Assembly (NCBI RefSeq): GCF_009914755.1
Contig: NC_060928.1
Direction: 5' to 3' (one strand)
DNA from: the human T2T-CHM13v2.0 reference genome, Homo sapiens
Length of the DNA: 64,000 bases
Part shown: positions 53,325 through 64,000 of the stretch, in pieces
How positions within the stretch are numbered: the first letter of the stretch is position 1
How the letters are laid out: every line of letters begins with the position of its first letter
Program-made: the position numbers and the translations under genes
The notes under the pieces: model-generated
The model's input: the letters and a program-made list of their open reading frames with translations, nothing else
What the model was told of the DNA's origin: nothing
Databases searched by the model: none

Positions 53325-53595
53325 TACTTTGGGAGGCCAAAGCAGGTACATCACTTGACATTCAGGTGTTGGAGACCAGCCCTGGCAACATGGCAAAACC
53401 CAATCTTTACTAAATATACAAAAATTAGCTGGGCACAATGGCGGGCACCTGTAATCCCAGCTACTTAGGAAGCTGAAGCACAAGAATCACTTGAGCCTGG
53501 GAGGCGGAGGTTGCAGTGAGCCAAGATCACACCACTGCACTCCAGACTGGACGACAGAGCGAGACTGTCTCAAAATAAAAAACAATAACAAAAAC
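53325..53595 (+). mobile_element. 5'-truncated Alu (Jb/Sz-like)
   Basis: Starts at ACTTTGGGAGGCC; CACTTGAG; both flanks carry ACCACAT. Confidence 0.85.
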
Positions 53596-53889
53596 ACCAC
53601 ATCACATTAATACTTGGAAAAATTCACCAGTTATTAAGAGAAAATCATTAAAAATTATTCCAGAGATAGATAAGAGAGAGCAGATTTTTATGAAACTTAC
53701 TCTCAAAATGTGATGGTAAAAAATATTTGGACTTTTGTTTTCAAAATTTTCAGAAAATAATACAGATATGGTGACATAGTGGAGAAAAATTTTAATGCCT
53801 AGGTTAGTGCTGCCAATTACTAATTGTATCTAATTTTGATCTAATACTGACTTTATCTGCTATTGAGTTGTATCTAATACCAAATAAAC

Positions 53890-54330
53890 ACATTGACAAT
53901 GACCAGATTATATAGAATAAAATAACTGAATCTCAGCCTATGCAGCAACGAGCTCAGAAAACCAAACTATCATCTTCGCAAAAAATTGGCCCAGAACAGT
54001 CAAGACTTGGTCAGTGACTCCCCACTTTCCTATTTTTTGCTGCTTCCACTCAAGACCAACAAGAGAAAGCCAGATATGTTCCCCAAACCAATCATATAGG
54101 ATGCCCTGCCTCTAGCTAGCCTGCCTCAAGCTTCATCAAGTCAATAATCTCCAAATACGCCATATCTAAAGGCCTCCGTTTCCCCTTTAGGGGGAAAAAC
54201 TTGCTTACCTGACTGCCTTTGAGCATCTGCCAAACGCAAGTGATGGTAGTAAGCTCTGGATAAATGGCTTCCGTTTTTTTCTCATTTGCATGGTCTTCAT
54301 TTATTTGTATCCTTTTTTTTTTTCCCACAC
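53890..54330 (+). mobile_element. ERV1 LTR, MER89-like
   Basis: CCCCAAACCAATCATATAGGATGCCC, GAGCATCTGCCAAACGCAAGTGATGG..AAGCTCTGGATAAAT..TCTCATTTG..GGTCTTCATTTATTT..CCACA. Confidence 0.6.
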
Positions 54331-54444
54331 AATTCTCTAGCAGAAACTACCCATTAAATTGAGAGCTGTTACATCTCTTAGGTTACCAAAAACACATTTT
54401 ACAAATTTCCTTTTCCACTTTTATCTCACAATGTTGGACATATT

Positions 54445-54492
54445 TATATTGATTATATAATTGATTATATATTGATTATATTGATTATATTG
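54445..54492. repeat. Short minisatellite, four copies of TTGATTATA
   Basis: ATTGATTATATAATTGATTATATATTGATTATATTGATTATATTG. Confidence 0.75.
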
Positions 54493-54624
54493 TAATAAAG
54501 TAAAATCTTTACCTCTTGTACTCTTCCGTTTGCCCAAAACATTTTCTGATCTGCTAGATAGATCACATCTACTTACTTGTATATCCTTACAGTAAGCACA
54601 TACTGCGTGTCTTTTAGAGACATA

Positions 54625-55298
54625 CAGCAAGTCATCACTTAACATTGTCCATAAGTTATTGGAAACTGCGACTTTAAGTGAAATAATGTACAGCAGGTTG
54701 AAGGCAGGAGGCCTTGCAGGACTTGTTTTCCACTCACTGCTATGCTGGTCTGGTCACAGCAGGGTCTGGTCAAAACAATGCAGTGAAGAGGCTGGCCAAA
54801 AACAGCAGATGGTGACAAAAGCGACCTCTAGCTGCCCTCACTGCTCATTAGCATAAAGATTCTCCCCTGGTACCATGACATTTTACAAATACCATGACAA
54901 TGGGCCATGGCAATGGTCCAAACGTTACCTTATGTGATGTGGAAACTCCCCTCCCCTTTTCCAGAAAGTTCTGAAAAACCCAGCAGCCCTGCGGACTCTG
55001 GGCACACTATCTTTGGCTTGGCTCTGTTCTACAGGGAGCAAAATCACTTCAGTGAAAGTTGTTCTCCTTCACCATTAGCTCATTCTCGAATTCTTTCTGG
55101 GAAAACCTAGGATGCTCTTGGGCTAGGCCCCACCATTGGGCCTCATCTATTCTGCATTGGGTCCTGAAATAAGGTTCTTTTCTTCAATGTTGCTTCATTA
55201 TAATGTAGATGAAAAAAAAATTGGTTTCATTATACATCTTTTCACTTAAATCTGCAGTTTTTAAGAACCTTTCTAGCATGTTAAGTGAGGACTTGCTG
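54625..55298. mobile_element. MER6B-like Tigger MITE split by an LTR
   Basis: Terminal inverted repeats CAGCAAGTCATCACTTAACAT / ATGTTAAGTGAGGACTTGCTG with TA on both sides. Confidence 0.85.
54699..55158 (+). mobile_element. ERV1 LTR (MER66/MER83/MER41-group) nested in the MITE
   Basis: GACCTCTAGCTGCCCTCACTGCTCATTAGCATAAAGA..CCATGACA..TACAAATACCATG; GAATTCTTTCTGGG; TSD AGGT/GGGT. Confidence 0.7.
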
Positions 55299-56475
55299 TA
55301 CTAATGATAATGTTAAAATAATTTTCTTGCAACTACTCATGTAATCCATATGATTTATCAAATTCTTCCTTTCCTGATAGAAACTTAAGACTGGAATCTA
55401 TGTTTCCCATCTTTAGATAAAAATTAAAATATAATTCCTACTACTATTGCCTTGTATTTTAGAGCAATGATGCATGCTATTTCATTTAATATTATATTTT
55501 ATTAGGAAAATATTTAATCATACATAATTCTAAATATTAAAGTAAAAAAATAAAAAGGTCTTTCTTAGGGGAAAACAGAAGCTATAATTGTAACTCAGTT
55601 GTACAAGAACATATTAAAAATATTTTAGATTTTCTTATTTATGTTACATTTGCTTTTTAATGCAATCTTATATTTTGATACTGTTCTTTTTTAATCTTCC
55701 TACTTTCACCTGGGTTTTATACAAGTACTAGAAATGATTATTTGATGAATCTTTCAAACCTTCTTTTTGTGCTTGCTGGTTGCTTTTGACAGTTAATTTT
55801 CTTGAAATTTCAAATTCTGTGCTACATCGTCTTTAAGTCACCTGCTTCTGTGATTTATTTTATACCACTGCCACAGTTTCTCTGGGCACTCAGTGTTTCC
55901 CTAGAGTCAGGGTCTTGAAAATCATATTTGTCACTGTGCCCCTGTGCCTAAAGAAGGATCTGATGCTACTGCTCAGAACCTCTTTGGTGAGTGAAATAAT
56001 TATCTTCTTAGCATGCATTAATATCATATGTGTCCCATGTTGTCATTTTTATTTCCCTATGTTTTTTCATTTTTACTCTTATGTTTCTCCTAAAACTTCC
56101 CAAAATCTTTATTTTAAAATAGACCTGACTTTTTTTTGCAACATTATGTCACCTTTAATTTTTTTTCAACATCTCTACATATGTAATAGTTTACTTATTT
56201 TCTTTTGTTTTGCTTCTTAGTGTTATTTAGCTCCACACACCCCACCCTTTATTTCCCCAGGTAGTTTTAACGTACAGCTTTGTTCCTATCTGATCCTGTA
56301 TTTCCTAAATCCTACTGATTGGACAAGTTACACATTGTCTCACTTGTGTATGGCATAATTTCGAATGTAGATAATTCCATGGCCCCACAGAAGTTATTTA
56401 CATATCAAATTCTATTTGATAATTTTTATTTCAACATCAAATTTGATTATTTTTCATACAAATGATAACATTATA

Positions 56476-57625
56476 AGTATGGTGCTTCCTCAAAAAATTA
56501 AAAATAGAACTTCCCTGTGATCCAACGATCCCACTACTAGGTATGTCTCCAAAAGAAATGAAATCGTTAAGTTGAAGAGATACCGGCACATCTGTGCTTA
56601 TATATTTGCAATAGCCGAGATACAGGATAAACCTAAGTGTCCATCAATGGATGAATGGATATAAAAAATGTGAGACACGCACACACACACACACACACAT
56701 ACACACACACACCCACAATGAAATAATATTCAGCCACAAAAAGAATAAAATTCTGTCATTTGCAGCAACATGGATGAGCCTAGAGGGCATTATGTTAAGT
56801 AAAATAAGCCAAATGCAGAAGGAAAAATACCACATGATCTCAATTACATGTGGAATTTGAAAAAGTTGAGGACAGAGAAGTCAAGAGTAGAATAGTGGTT
56901 ACCCGAAGCAGGAGAGGGGAGGGAGGAGAGATGAGTGGGGGAGAGGTATGGCAATGGGTACAATGTTACAGTTAGATAGGAAAGATTAGTTCTGGAGTTC
57001 TATTGCACAGTGCTGTGACTATGGTTAACAATAATGTATATTTCATAATAGCTAGGAGAGAGGATGTAAATGTTCTCACTACAAAGAAATGATAAATCTT
57101 TGAGGTGATGAGTTTTCTAATTTCCCTAATTTAATTGTTACGTGCTGAAAAAATGTATCAAAGTTGTACTAGGCTATTCTCATAGTGCTATAAAGAAATA
57201 CTTGAGACTGAGTAATTTATAAAGAAAAGAGATTTAATTGGCTTATGGTTCTGTGGGCTCCATGGGAAGAATAAGGTCAGCCATCTGCTTAGCTCCCGGA
57301 GAGACCTTAGGAAACTTAAAATCATTGCAGATGCAAACAGGGAGGGAGCACATCACAAAGCCTGAACAGGAGGAAGAGAGAGATGGAGGAAGAACTACAC
57401 ACTTTTAAACAACCAGATCTCATTTACTATCATGAGAGCAGCACCAAGTGGAAACTTCACCCCCATGATCCAATCACCTCCCATCAGGCCCCACCTCCAA
57501 TATTGGGGATTACAATTCAACATGAGACTTGGGTAGGCACACAGATCCCAACCATATCAAAAACATCATGCTGTACCTCATACATATTTACACTACTTAC
57601 GTGTCGATTAAAAATAAAATAAAAC
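56476..57625 (+). mobile_element. L1MA-type 3' end, interrupted by an MST LTR
   Basis: TTCCTCAAAAAATTAAAAATAGAACT, TTTGCAGCAACATGGATG, CAGTTAGATAGG..TTCTATTGCACAG, AAAGAAATGATAAAT..TGAGGTGATG; resumes AAAACATCATGCTGTACC at 57560. Confidence 0.85.
57165..57559 (-). mobile_element. MaLR solo LTR, MSTA-like
   Basis: TGTACTAGGC..GCTATAAAGAAATACTTGAGACTG ... CCCCCATGATCCAATCACCTCCC..GGGGATTACAATTCAACATGAGA..AACCATATCA. Confidence 0.88.
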
Positions 57626-57658
57626 AAAAAATATATATATAACCTTAATAAAATGACT

Positions 57659-57756
57659 TATGTCCTTAATGGTATTGCCTAGATTTTCTTCTAGGGTTTT
57701 TATGGTTTTAGGTCTAACATTTAAGTCTTTAATCCATCTTGAATTAATTTTTGTAT
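57659..57756 (-). mobile_element. Inverted 5' segment of a twin-primed L1PA
   Basis: Reverse complement of ORF2 ATACAAAAATTAATTCAAGATGGATTAAAGACTTAAATGTTAGACCTAAAACC...GGCAATACCATT.AGGACATA. Confidence 0.9.
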
Positions 57757-58853
57757 CAGGACATAGGCATGGGCAAGGACTTCATGTCTAAAACACCAAA
57801 AGCAACGGCAACAAAACCCAAAATTTACAAATGGGGTCTAATTAAACAAAAGAGCTTCTGCACAGCAAAAGAAACTACCATCAGAGTGAACAGGCAACCT
57901 ACAGAATGGGAGAGAATTTTTGCAATCTACTCATCTGACAAAGGGCTAATATCCAGAATCTACAATGAACTCAAACAAATTTACAAGAAAAAGACAAACA
58001 ACCCCATCAAAAAGTGGATGAAGGACATGAACAGACACTTCTCAAAAGAAGACATTTATGCAGCCAAAAAACACATGAAAAAATGCTCATCATCACTGGC
58101 CATCAGAGAAATGCAAATCAAAACCACAATGAGATACCATTTCACACCAGTTAGAATGACGATCATTAAAAAGTCAGGAAACAACAGGTGCTGGAGAGGA
58201 TGTGGAGAAATAGGAACACTTTTACACTATTGGTGGGACTGTAAACTAGTTCAACCATTGTGGAAGACAGTGTGGTGATTCCTCAGGGATTTAGAAAGAG
58301 AAATACCATTTGACCCAGCCATCCCATTACTGGGTATATACCCAAAGGATTATAAATCATGCTGCTATAAAGACACATGCACACGTATGTTTATTGTGGC
58401 ACTATTCACAATAGCAAAGACTTGGAACCAAGCCAAATGTCCATCAATGATAGACTGGATTAAGAAAGTGTGGCACATATACACCATGGAATACTAAGCA
58501 GCCACAAAAAATGATGAGTTCATGTCCTTTGTAGGGACATGGATGAAACTGGAAACCATCATTCTCAGCAAACTATCGCAAGGACAAAAAACCAAACACC
58601 ACATGTTCTCACTCATAGGTGGGAATTGAACAATGAGAACACTTGGACACAGGAAGAGGAACATCACACACTGGGGCCTGCAGTGGGGTGGGGGGAGGGA
58701 TAGCATTAGGAGATATACCTAATGTAAATGACGAGTTAGTGGGTGCAGCACGCCAACATGGCACATGTATACATATGTAACAAACCTGCACTATGTGCTC
58801 ATGTACCCTAGAACTTAAAGTATAAAAATATATATATATATATAAAATAAATA
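57756..58853 (+). mobile_element. Young L1PA (about PA3-PA5) 3' segment: ORF2 C-terminus and 3' UTR
   Basis: ORF 57751-58278 translates to ORF2p C-terminus ([16 protein letters not shown]...[25 protein letters not shown]); canonical 3' UTR; 18-bp TSD AATAAAATGA(C/G)TTATGTC (57647-57664 / 58854-58871). Confidence 0.95.
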
Positions 58854-59279
58854 AATAAAATGAGTTATGTCTCTGATATTTTGTGGTTTCAGTAAGTAAA
58901 CAAAAAACAGTGATTGACAATCTGATTAGCAGAGTTACTACAAATTTCTTGCAGAAATCTCAGTCATTTTTATCAACTTATCTTCAGTTTGTATCAAGGT
59001 TTTGTTTTGAAGAATCTAAAATATGGAAACATATGTTCCCTGACTTGTATTGACAATAAAGCTGGCTTCCAAGTAATCTCTTCGTGGGCAATTACTTTGT
59101 TCTTTATGCAACAGCCTCATACAACAAACTTTCTGGAAAAGTTTTTTCCCTTGATTTTCTCCTCTCATATATGCTGCTTATGTTCCTCTTCCATTTTTCT
59201 TCCTCTCATCACTTTTGTAAATCATACATAAATCAACACTATTTGTTCTGTCTTTCTTCCTGTCTCCTAAATTTCATAA

Positions 59280-59710
59280 TATTAATTCTTTCAAAAAACA
59301 CATTAAAACAACAGCATGCATCTGGGACTATGTTAATTTCTAATTATGTAAAGATTAATAAAAGCATGTTCTCTGTTCTTAATAATCTCACTAGTAGGTA
59401 CATAGGCAATTAAACAAAAACTGCAATAAATTTATTAATTGCTACAATAAAAATATTATGAAAATCCAGTAGAAATTCAGAGTCTCTAGAGAAACTGATT
59501 GCTCACAGGACAATTATAAACATTTGATAAATTTTTACAATTGGGTTGAATACTGAAAGTAAATATGTTTTGCTCAACAAAAATTGACTAGAGCATCCAA
59601 AGCCAAAGAAAAATAATATATAAATACATCATAATGTGAAATAGCCTAGAAAGTGATAAGGAGTTTAGTGTAGCTGAAGTGTAGAGAAAAAACAGGAGAC
59701 TGTTAGGATA
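59280..59710 (-). mobile_element. L2 fragment
   Basis: Highly decayed antisense L2-like motifs (GTTCTCTGTTCTTAATAATCTCAC, GAGCATCCAAAGCCAAAG, GTTTAGTGTAGCTGAAGTGTAG). Confidence 0.4.
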
Positions 59711-60247
59711 TGAGACCTCAGGAATTCTTTATAACCTTTCAAATTGGTGATTAAACTTTGATATATCTATATTCAACAGATACATGTACAAATGAGCACA
59801 GTCATACACAGCTAGCTGGGATGTCAATTATTTTAACCTTTACAGAAAACAAATTTTCAAAAGACACAACAATTTCCTTAATTATTCATATTCATTAGAT
59901 CAGACCCTCCACAATGATAGATTATATAAAAGTTAATGTGTATTTGCTCTAGCATTCAGTTGCAAAAATGTTTGGTTAAGTATTGAAGTGTTGGAAAGTA
60001 AACTGGTACTCCAAGAAAATGGGAGTACCAATATATTGGTACCCAGACAGCTTATGATGATTTGTATAGTATGTTTAACAACATGGCAAGCTATTAATTA
60101 TATATTGTTAAATAAAACCTGTAAATAATATGAGTATAAATGGTATATTTTTAATACTTTTATCTATACATCTATGTATATATTATATAGCAAGTAGGGA
60201 TAGATATGTCAAAGTATTAATTATGAATATTTTAGGTGGTATAGTAT

Positions 60248-60884
60248 TGTGTCCGAAATTTATTCCCTCTGGTGGGTTCTTGGTCTTGCTGACTTAAAGA
60301 ATGAAGCTGCAGACCTCGTGATGAGTGTTACAGCTCTTAAAGATGGCACGTCCAGAGTTGTTTGTTCCTTCTGGTGGGTTCGTGATCTCACTGACTTCAG
60401 GAATGAAACCACAGACCCTCACAGTGAGTGTTACAGCTCTTAAAGGTGGTGTGGACACAAAGAGTGTGCAGCAGCAACATTTATTGTGAAGAGCGAAACA
60501 ACAAAGCTTCCACAGCCTGGAAGGTGACCCAAACAGGTTGCTGCTGCTGGCTGGGGTGGCCAGTTTTTATTCCCTTATTTGTCCCCGTCCACATCCTGCT
60601 GATTGGTCCATTTTACAGAGCACTGATCGGTCCATTTTACAGAGTGCTGATTGGTGCATTTACGATACTTTAGCTAGACACAGAGTTCTGATTGGTGCAT
60701 TTTTACAGAGTGCTGATTGGTGCAGTTACAATCCTTTAGCTAGACACAGAGTGCTGATTGGTGCATTTACAACCTTTTAGCTAGACACAGAGCACTGATT
60801 AGTGCATTTACAATCCTCTAGCTAGACAGAAAAGTTCTCCAAGTCCCCATTTGACCCAGGAAGTCCACCTGGCTTCACCTCTCA
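60248..60884 (-). mobile_element. HERV9 solo LTR (LTR12/LTR12F-like), full length
   Basis: Minus strand starts TGAGAGGTGAAGCCAGGTGGACTTCCTGGGTC and ends CGGACACA; tandem CTGATTGGTGCATTT..AGCTAGACACAGAG repeats; perfect TSD GTAT (60244-60247 / 60885-60888). Confidence 0.93.
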
Positions 60885-61591
60885 GTATAAGGAATGTAAA
60901 TATTTTTACATGTGTAATATTTCAAAATAATACATTTTATTGTTTTAATAGCAAATACAAATACTACATTAAATAGACTCACCATCAAGTAATTGTTATT
61001 ATCTTCATTGAAAGTATCCTTAACCATTTGAAATAGAGATTTTGATGCTAGAAGGCATTTTAAGATAATATAAGTAAAGAAAGGTATATGAAGTGGGATA
61101 AGTAGCCAAAGCAATCACCATGAATAACAACACCATGTCAATGACATGCCAAAGAAGAGGGACAGAAATGGACAATAAAAGGAAACGAGACAATAACAAT
61201 AAGTCTGGGATCCATATACGTGTTTCAAAGATCCACTTTCATGAATCAATTCAAATGTTCTATAAAATAAATATATACTGAGGAGTAGAAATAGTTCCTT
61301 GAGCAATTATTTTCAAAATATTTTGAAAAATAATGTTAGCTGACTTGATTCTAAAATCCATGTGAAGTAGATATGATTCTCATTTGTTTTAATTTTTCTT
61401 CTTTCACAAAATTCTCCTTCAGCCTTGAAAAACTCATGTGTCTTCTACTGACATAGCATCTTATATAGTTTAGAGTTTCATATTAATATCAACATATAAA
61501 TGGTTCAAGTAGATAACAAAATATTCAAAAGATATGCTGATACAAATTTCCAGAAGCCTGCCATTGTTGATTTTTGAAGTGCCTTCTCTCT

Positions 61592-61596
<5 letters not shown>

Positions 61597-61626
<30 letters not shown>
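61597..61626. repeat. (TG)15 microsatellite
   Basis: Perfect run. Confidence 0.9.
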
Positions 61627-61629
<3 letters not shown>

Positions 61630-61809
61630 GTGGGTGTGTTTGTGTGCAGTAAGTATCTTCAATTAATTACAACAATAAAATCATTGACTCTTTTGGATTT
61701 AATTTCTTATAAATTTATCATTTTTATTTATTGATATTCATTTTCTATTTTTTAAACTTAATCTTGATAATTAACTGAGAGAAAATAGGAACATATTCTT
61801 TAAGATTAT

Positions 61810-62412
61810 TGTTGCAGTGTGCTTAGTCCCTAGTTCAACTAGGTCCAAGTTCTTGTCCCATGACCAAGAAGAATAAGGCACCCAGGCACAAGAGGGTGAG
61901 TAGAGTAGGATTTATTAAGCAAAATGAAAATTCTCAGCAAAGAGAGGGGCCTGAAATCAGGTTGCCAGAAATGTGGCTGAGTTCTGGGTCTTTTATGTGG
62001 CAAGAGCAAGGAAGTCTTCTGTGGGCTCTGCCCAAGTGGGAGGGATAAGTTTCTCTCCTAAGGGTATTGCCTCTCTGCATGCCTGGGTTTGGCCAGAGTG
62101 ACTCCATCTTGGCTATTACCCATGAGTGCCACAGAAGGGCTGAAACCACAATGCTAATGTCATGCTAATGATATTAAAAGGAGTTGGGTCAAGTTAAGGA
62201 CATTTAGGTTGATTTATAGCACCTGCACCTAGTTTGGGACACTACCTTTTGAGCAACATCCTGGCATTAGAGGAGGTTCTTAACCGCATTTCTTCCTGCT
62301 AGCTACAGTGGTGGTGCAGGTGCAGTCCTGTGGGTATTTTTTCCACTATCAATACCCTCCCTCTCCATCTGCCTAACCTCTAACTGCCAGCCTCTTACTG
62401 CCTCCTGTCTCA
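61810..62412 (-). mobile_element. ERV1-class solo LTR (same family as 5272-5856)
   Basis: TG...CA termini; TSD TTAT/TTAC; AATAAA on minus at ~61911; colinear with 5272-5856. Confidence 0.8.
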
Positions 62413-64000
62413 TTACTATGTTTGATTTTTCTCTAAATGTGGGTACAGGAAGTAATTTAATACTTTTCATTGGAGTTTGGTCCATTTTGAGAAACTCAGC
62501 TTAATAAGGAACTCTGTGTATTAATGCACTTTGAGCAGGCTAAGCCTTGATGTCAGAATCTTGGTGATTACTAACAGTAATTTTGTTCAGGCAATCCACT
62601 TTACCCTAATAGAACATTGCTCAAATATTTATTATCTTAATAATTTAAATATTTGAAATATTCCTTACAGTATACTAGCCCCAACAATAAGTTACTTTGT
62701 TTTGTTACTTACTACATAAATAGTATATGTAGCTTTGTGTATGTATCTACATCTATATAGATACAGATACATACACATGATATAGTTCAATTTAGGTTGA
62801 AATATTTATTAAAACCAATTAAACTGCGAGTTACATATGTTCAAAAGCTGTGTTATTTTCACCCTCTTAAAGAGCATCTATTTTCAGATTAATTAAGCAG
62901 CTTGGAGAAATAAAACATGCTATATAAACTCTAAATTAGAGTAAACAAATACACATTAAAAGGCAATCAGGAGAATTATTCTTCAATTTTAAATCAAAGA
63001 ATAACCCTTTGAAGAGGACAAAATAATGTGTGCTTTCAATCTGAAAGTTGAGTAGTATCACTTTTGAAATGTTATCTTACATTTAATGAGATTAATATAA
63101 ATATCAGTTTTCTGATACTGAATGCAATAAATTGAGCTCCTTTGCTTTGCACTGAACTCCTTTGCATATCACTGATGATCATCAATCATATAGACAATAG
63201 TTTCTTATTTTAGAATTAAAATTGGATACTGTTATCAACAGATTTCTGTGGAATAAACTATATTATTTTCAATGAGGGGAACTTTTCATCAATAGCCCGA
63301 GGGAATGATGAAGTCTCGCTAGTCATGAACAAACAGATTCTATTCCCTAAGAAAGCTATTAGTCAACCCGTGAATGTATCCATTTGCTGATACTGATGAT
63401 TACACATATACACTTAGGAAAGTACAGATTTATTCTGAATTACTGGCACAATAGTGTTCATAAAATTTTTGCCCATGTTTATGGGACTTAACATTCATTA
63501 TGTGTGCTCTATCACACCATTCAGGGTCAATAATTAATCAGGAGATGAAAATACATATCTATCTATATATACATATATATATTCTATTTCAGAACCATTA
63601 TCTTTTCAGGTATAAGTTTAATTACCATATGTTTTTAAATTAGAATGATAGCATATTAAAGCAAACACAATTATCAGAACAGTATTTCCTAATAGAAGAT
63701 GCAAAATTGGAAAAAAGTGAAGAAAGTAAGCAAAGGTGACAATATGTAAGGTGAATTTTTTATTTATCCTATTTTCAAGCACTCATATTCGCTGGTGTAT
63801 TTCACAGAAAAACTAATAATTTTAGATTAAAATGATTCTCAATTCTAACAAAACTTTTCTTATAAAATGGAAAATAAAATCCAAATATTTTACATAATCT
63901 AAAGGTTTTTCTCAAAATTTGAATTGGCATGCATTTATTATTCCATGCACAATTGGAACCACTCAAATGTTTGAATAAAAAAGAAACATGAGTTCATTTT

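Noticed and set aside
54445-54492. TTGATTATA minisatellite as a DUX4 site array
   Set aside because: TGATTATATTG departs from TGATTRRRTTA at two positions; better treated as a simple AT-rich repeat
57751-58278. 175-aa ORF as a functional CDS
   Set aside because: C-terminal fragment of L1 ORF2p in a 5'-truncated, inverted copy; non-ATG start created at the inversion junction and a premature stop
63305-63396. Box C (ATGATGA) and box D (CTGA) at snoRNA-like spacing
   Set aside because: No terminal stem and no rRNA/snRNA antisense element that I can recognise; both motifs are short and common in AT-rich DNA

Overview
Primate (human-like) nuclear DNA, strongly AT-rich, with the character of a gene desert or a very large intron. 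I find no protein-coding gene, tRNA/rRNA gene or CRISPR array. The only ORFs with recognisable protein homology are a young L1PA ORF2 C-terminus (57751-58278) and decayed ERV-L RNase H/integrase remnants (18.6-20.1 kb). Much of the window is transposon fossils: 14 Alus (J, S and Y types), many old L1 fragments, L2/MIR, Tigger/hAT MITEs and a varied set of about 20 LTRs (MER50-, LTR10-, MER61-, MER34-, LTR9-, LTR12-, MLT2A-, MST/THE1-, MLT1-, LTR16/33-like), several with readable target-site duplications and nested insertions. Best-supported highlights: a textbook twin-priming L1 with primer microhomology, a probable ancient twin-priming L1, an Alu inserted in another Alu's tail, and LTRs carrying AP-1 or NF-Y motif arrays. 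The most novel but speculative lead is a small CpG/YY1-motif cluster at about 26.2 kb flanked by outward-facing splice donors, with candidate exons on both strands; this could be a bidirectional lncRNA promoter, and one splice would give a 20-aa sORF. Subfamily names are from recalled consensus sequences and need RepeatMasker/Dfam confirmation. No new biological system can be established from the sequence alone.
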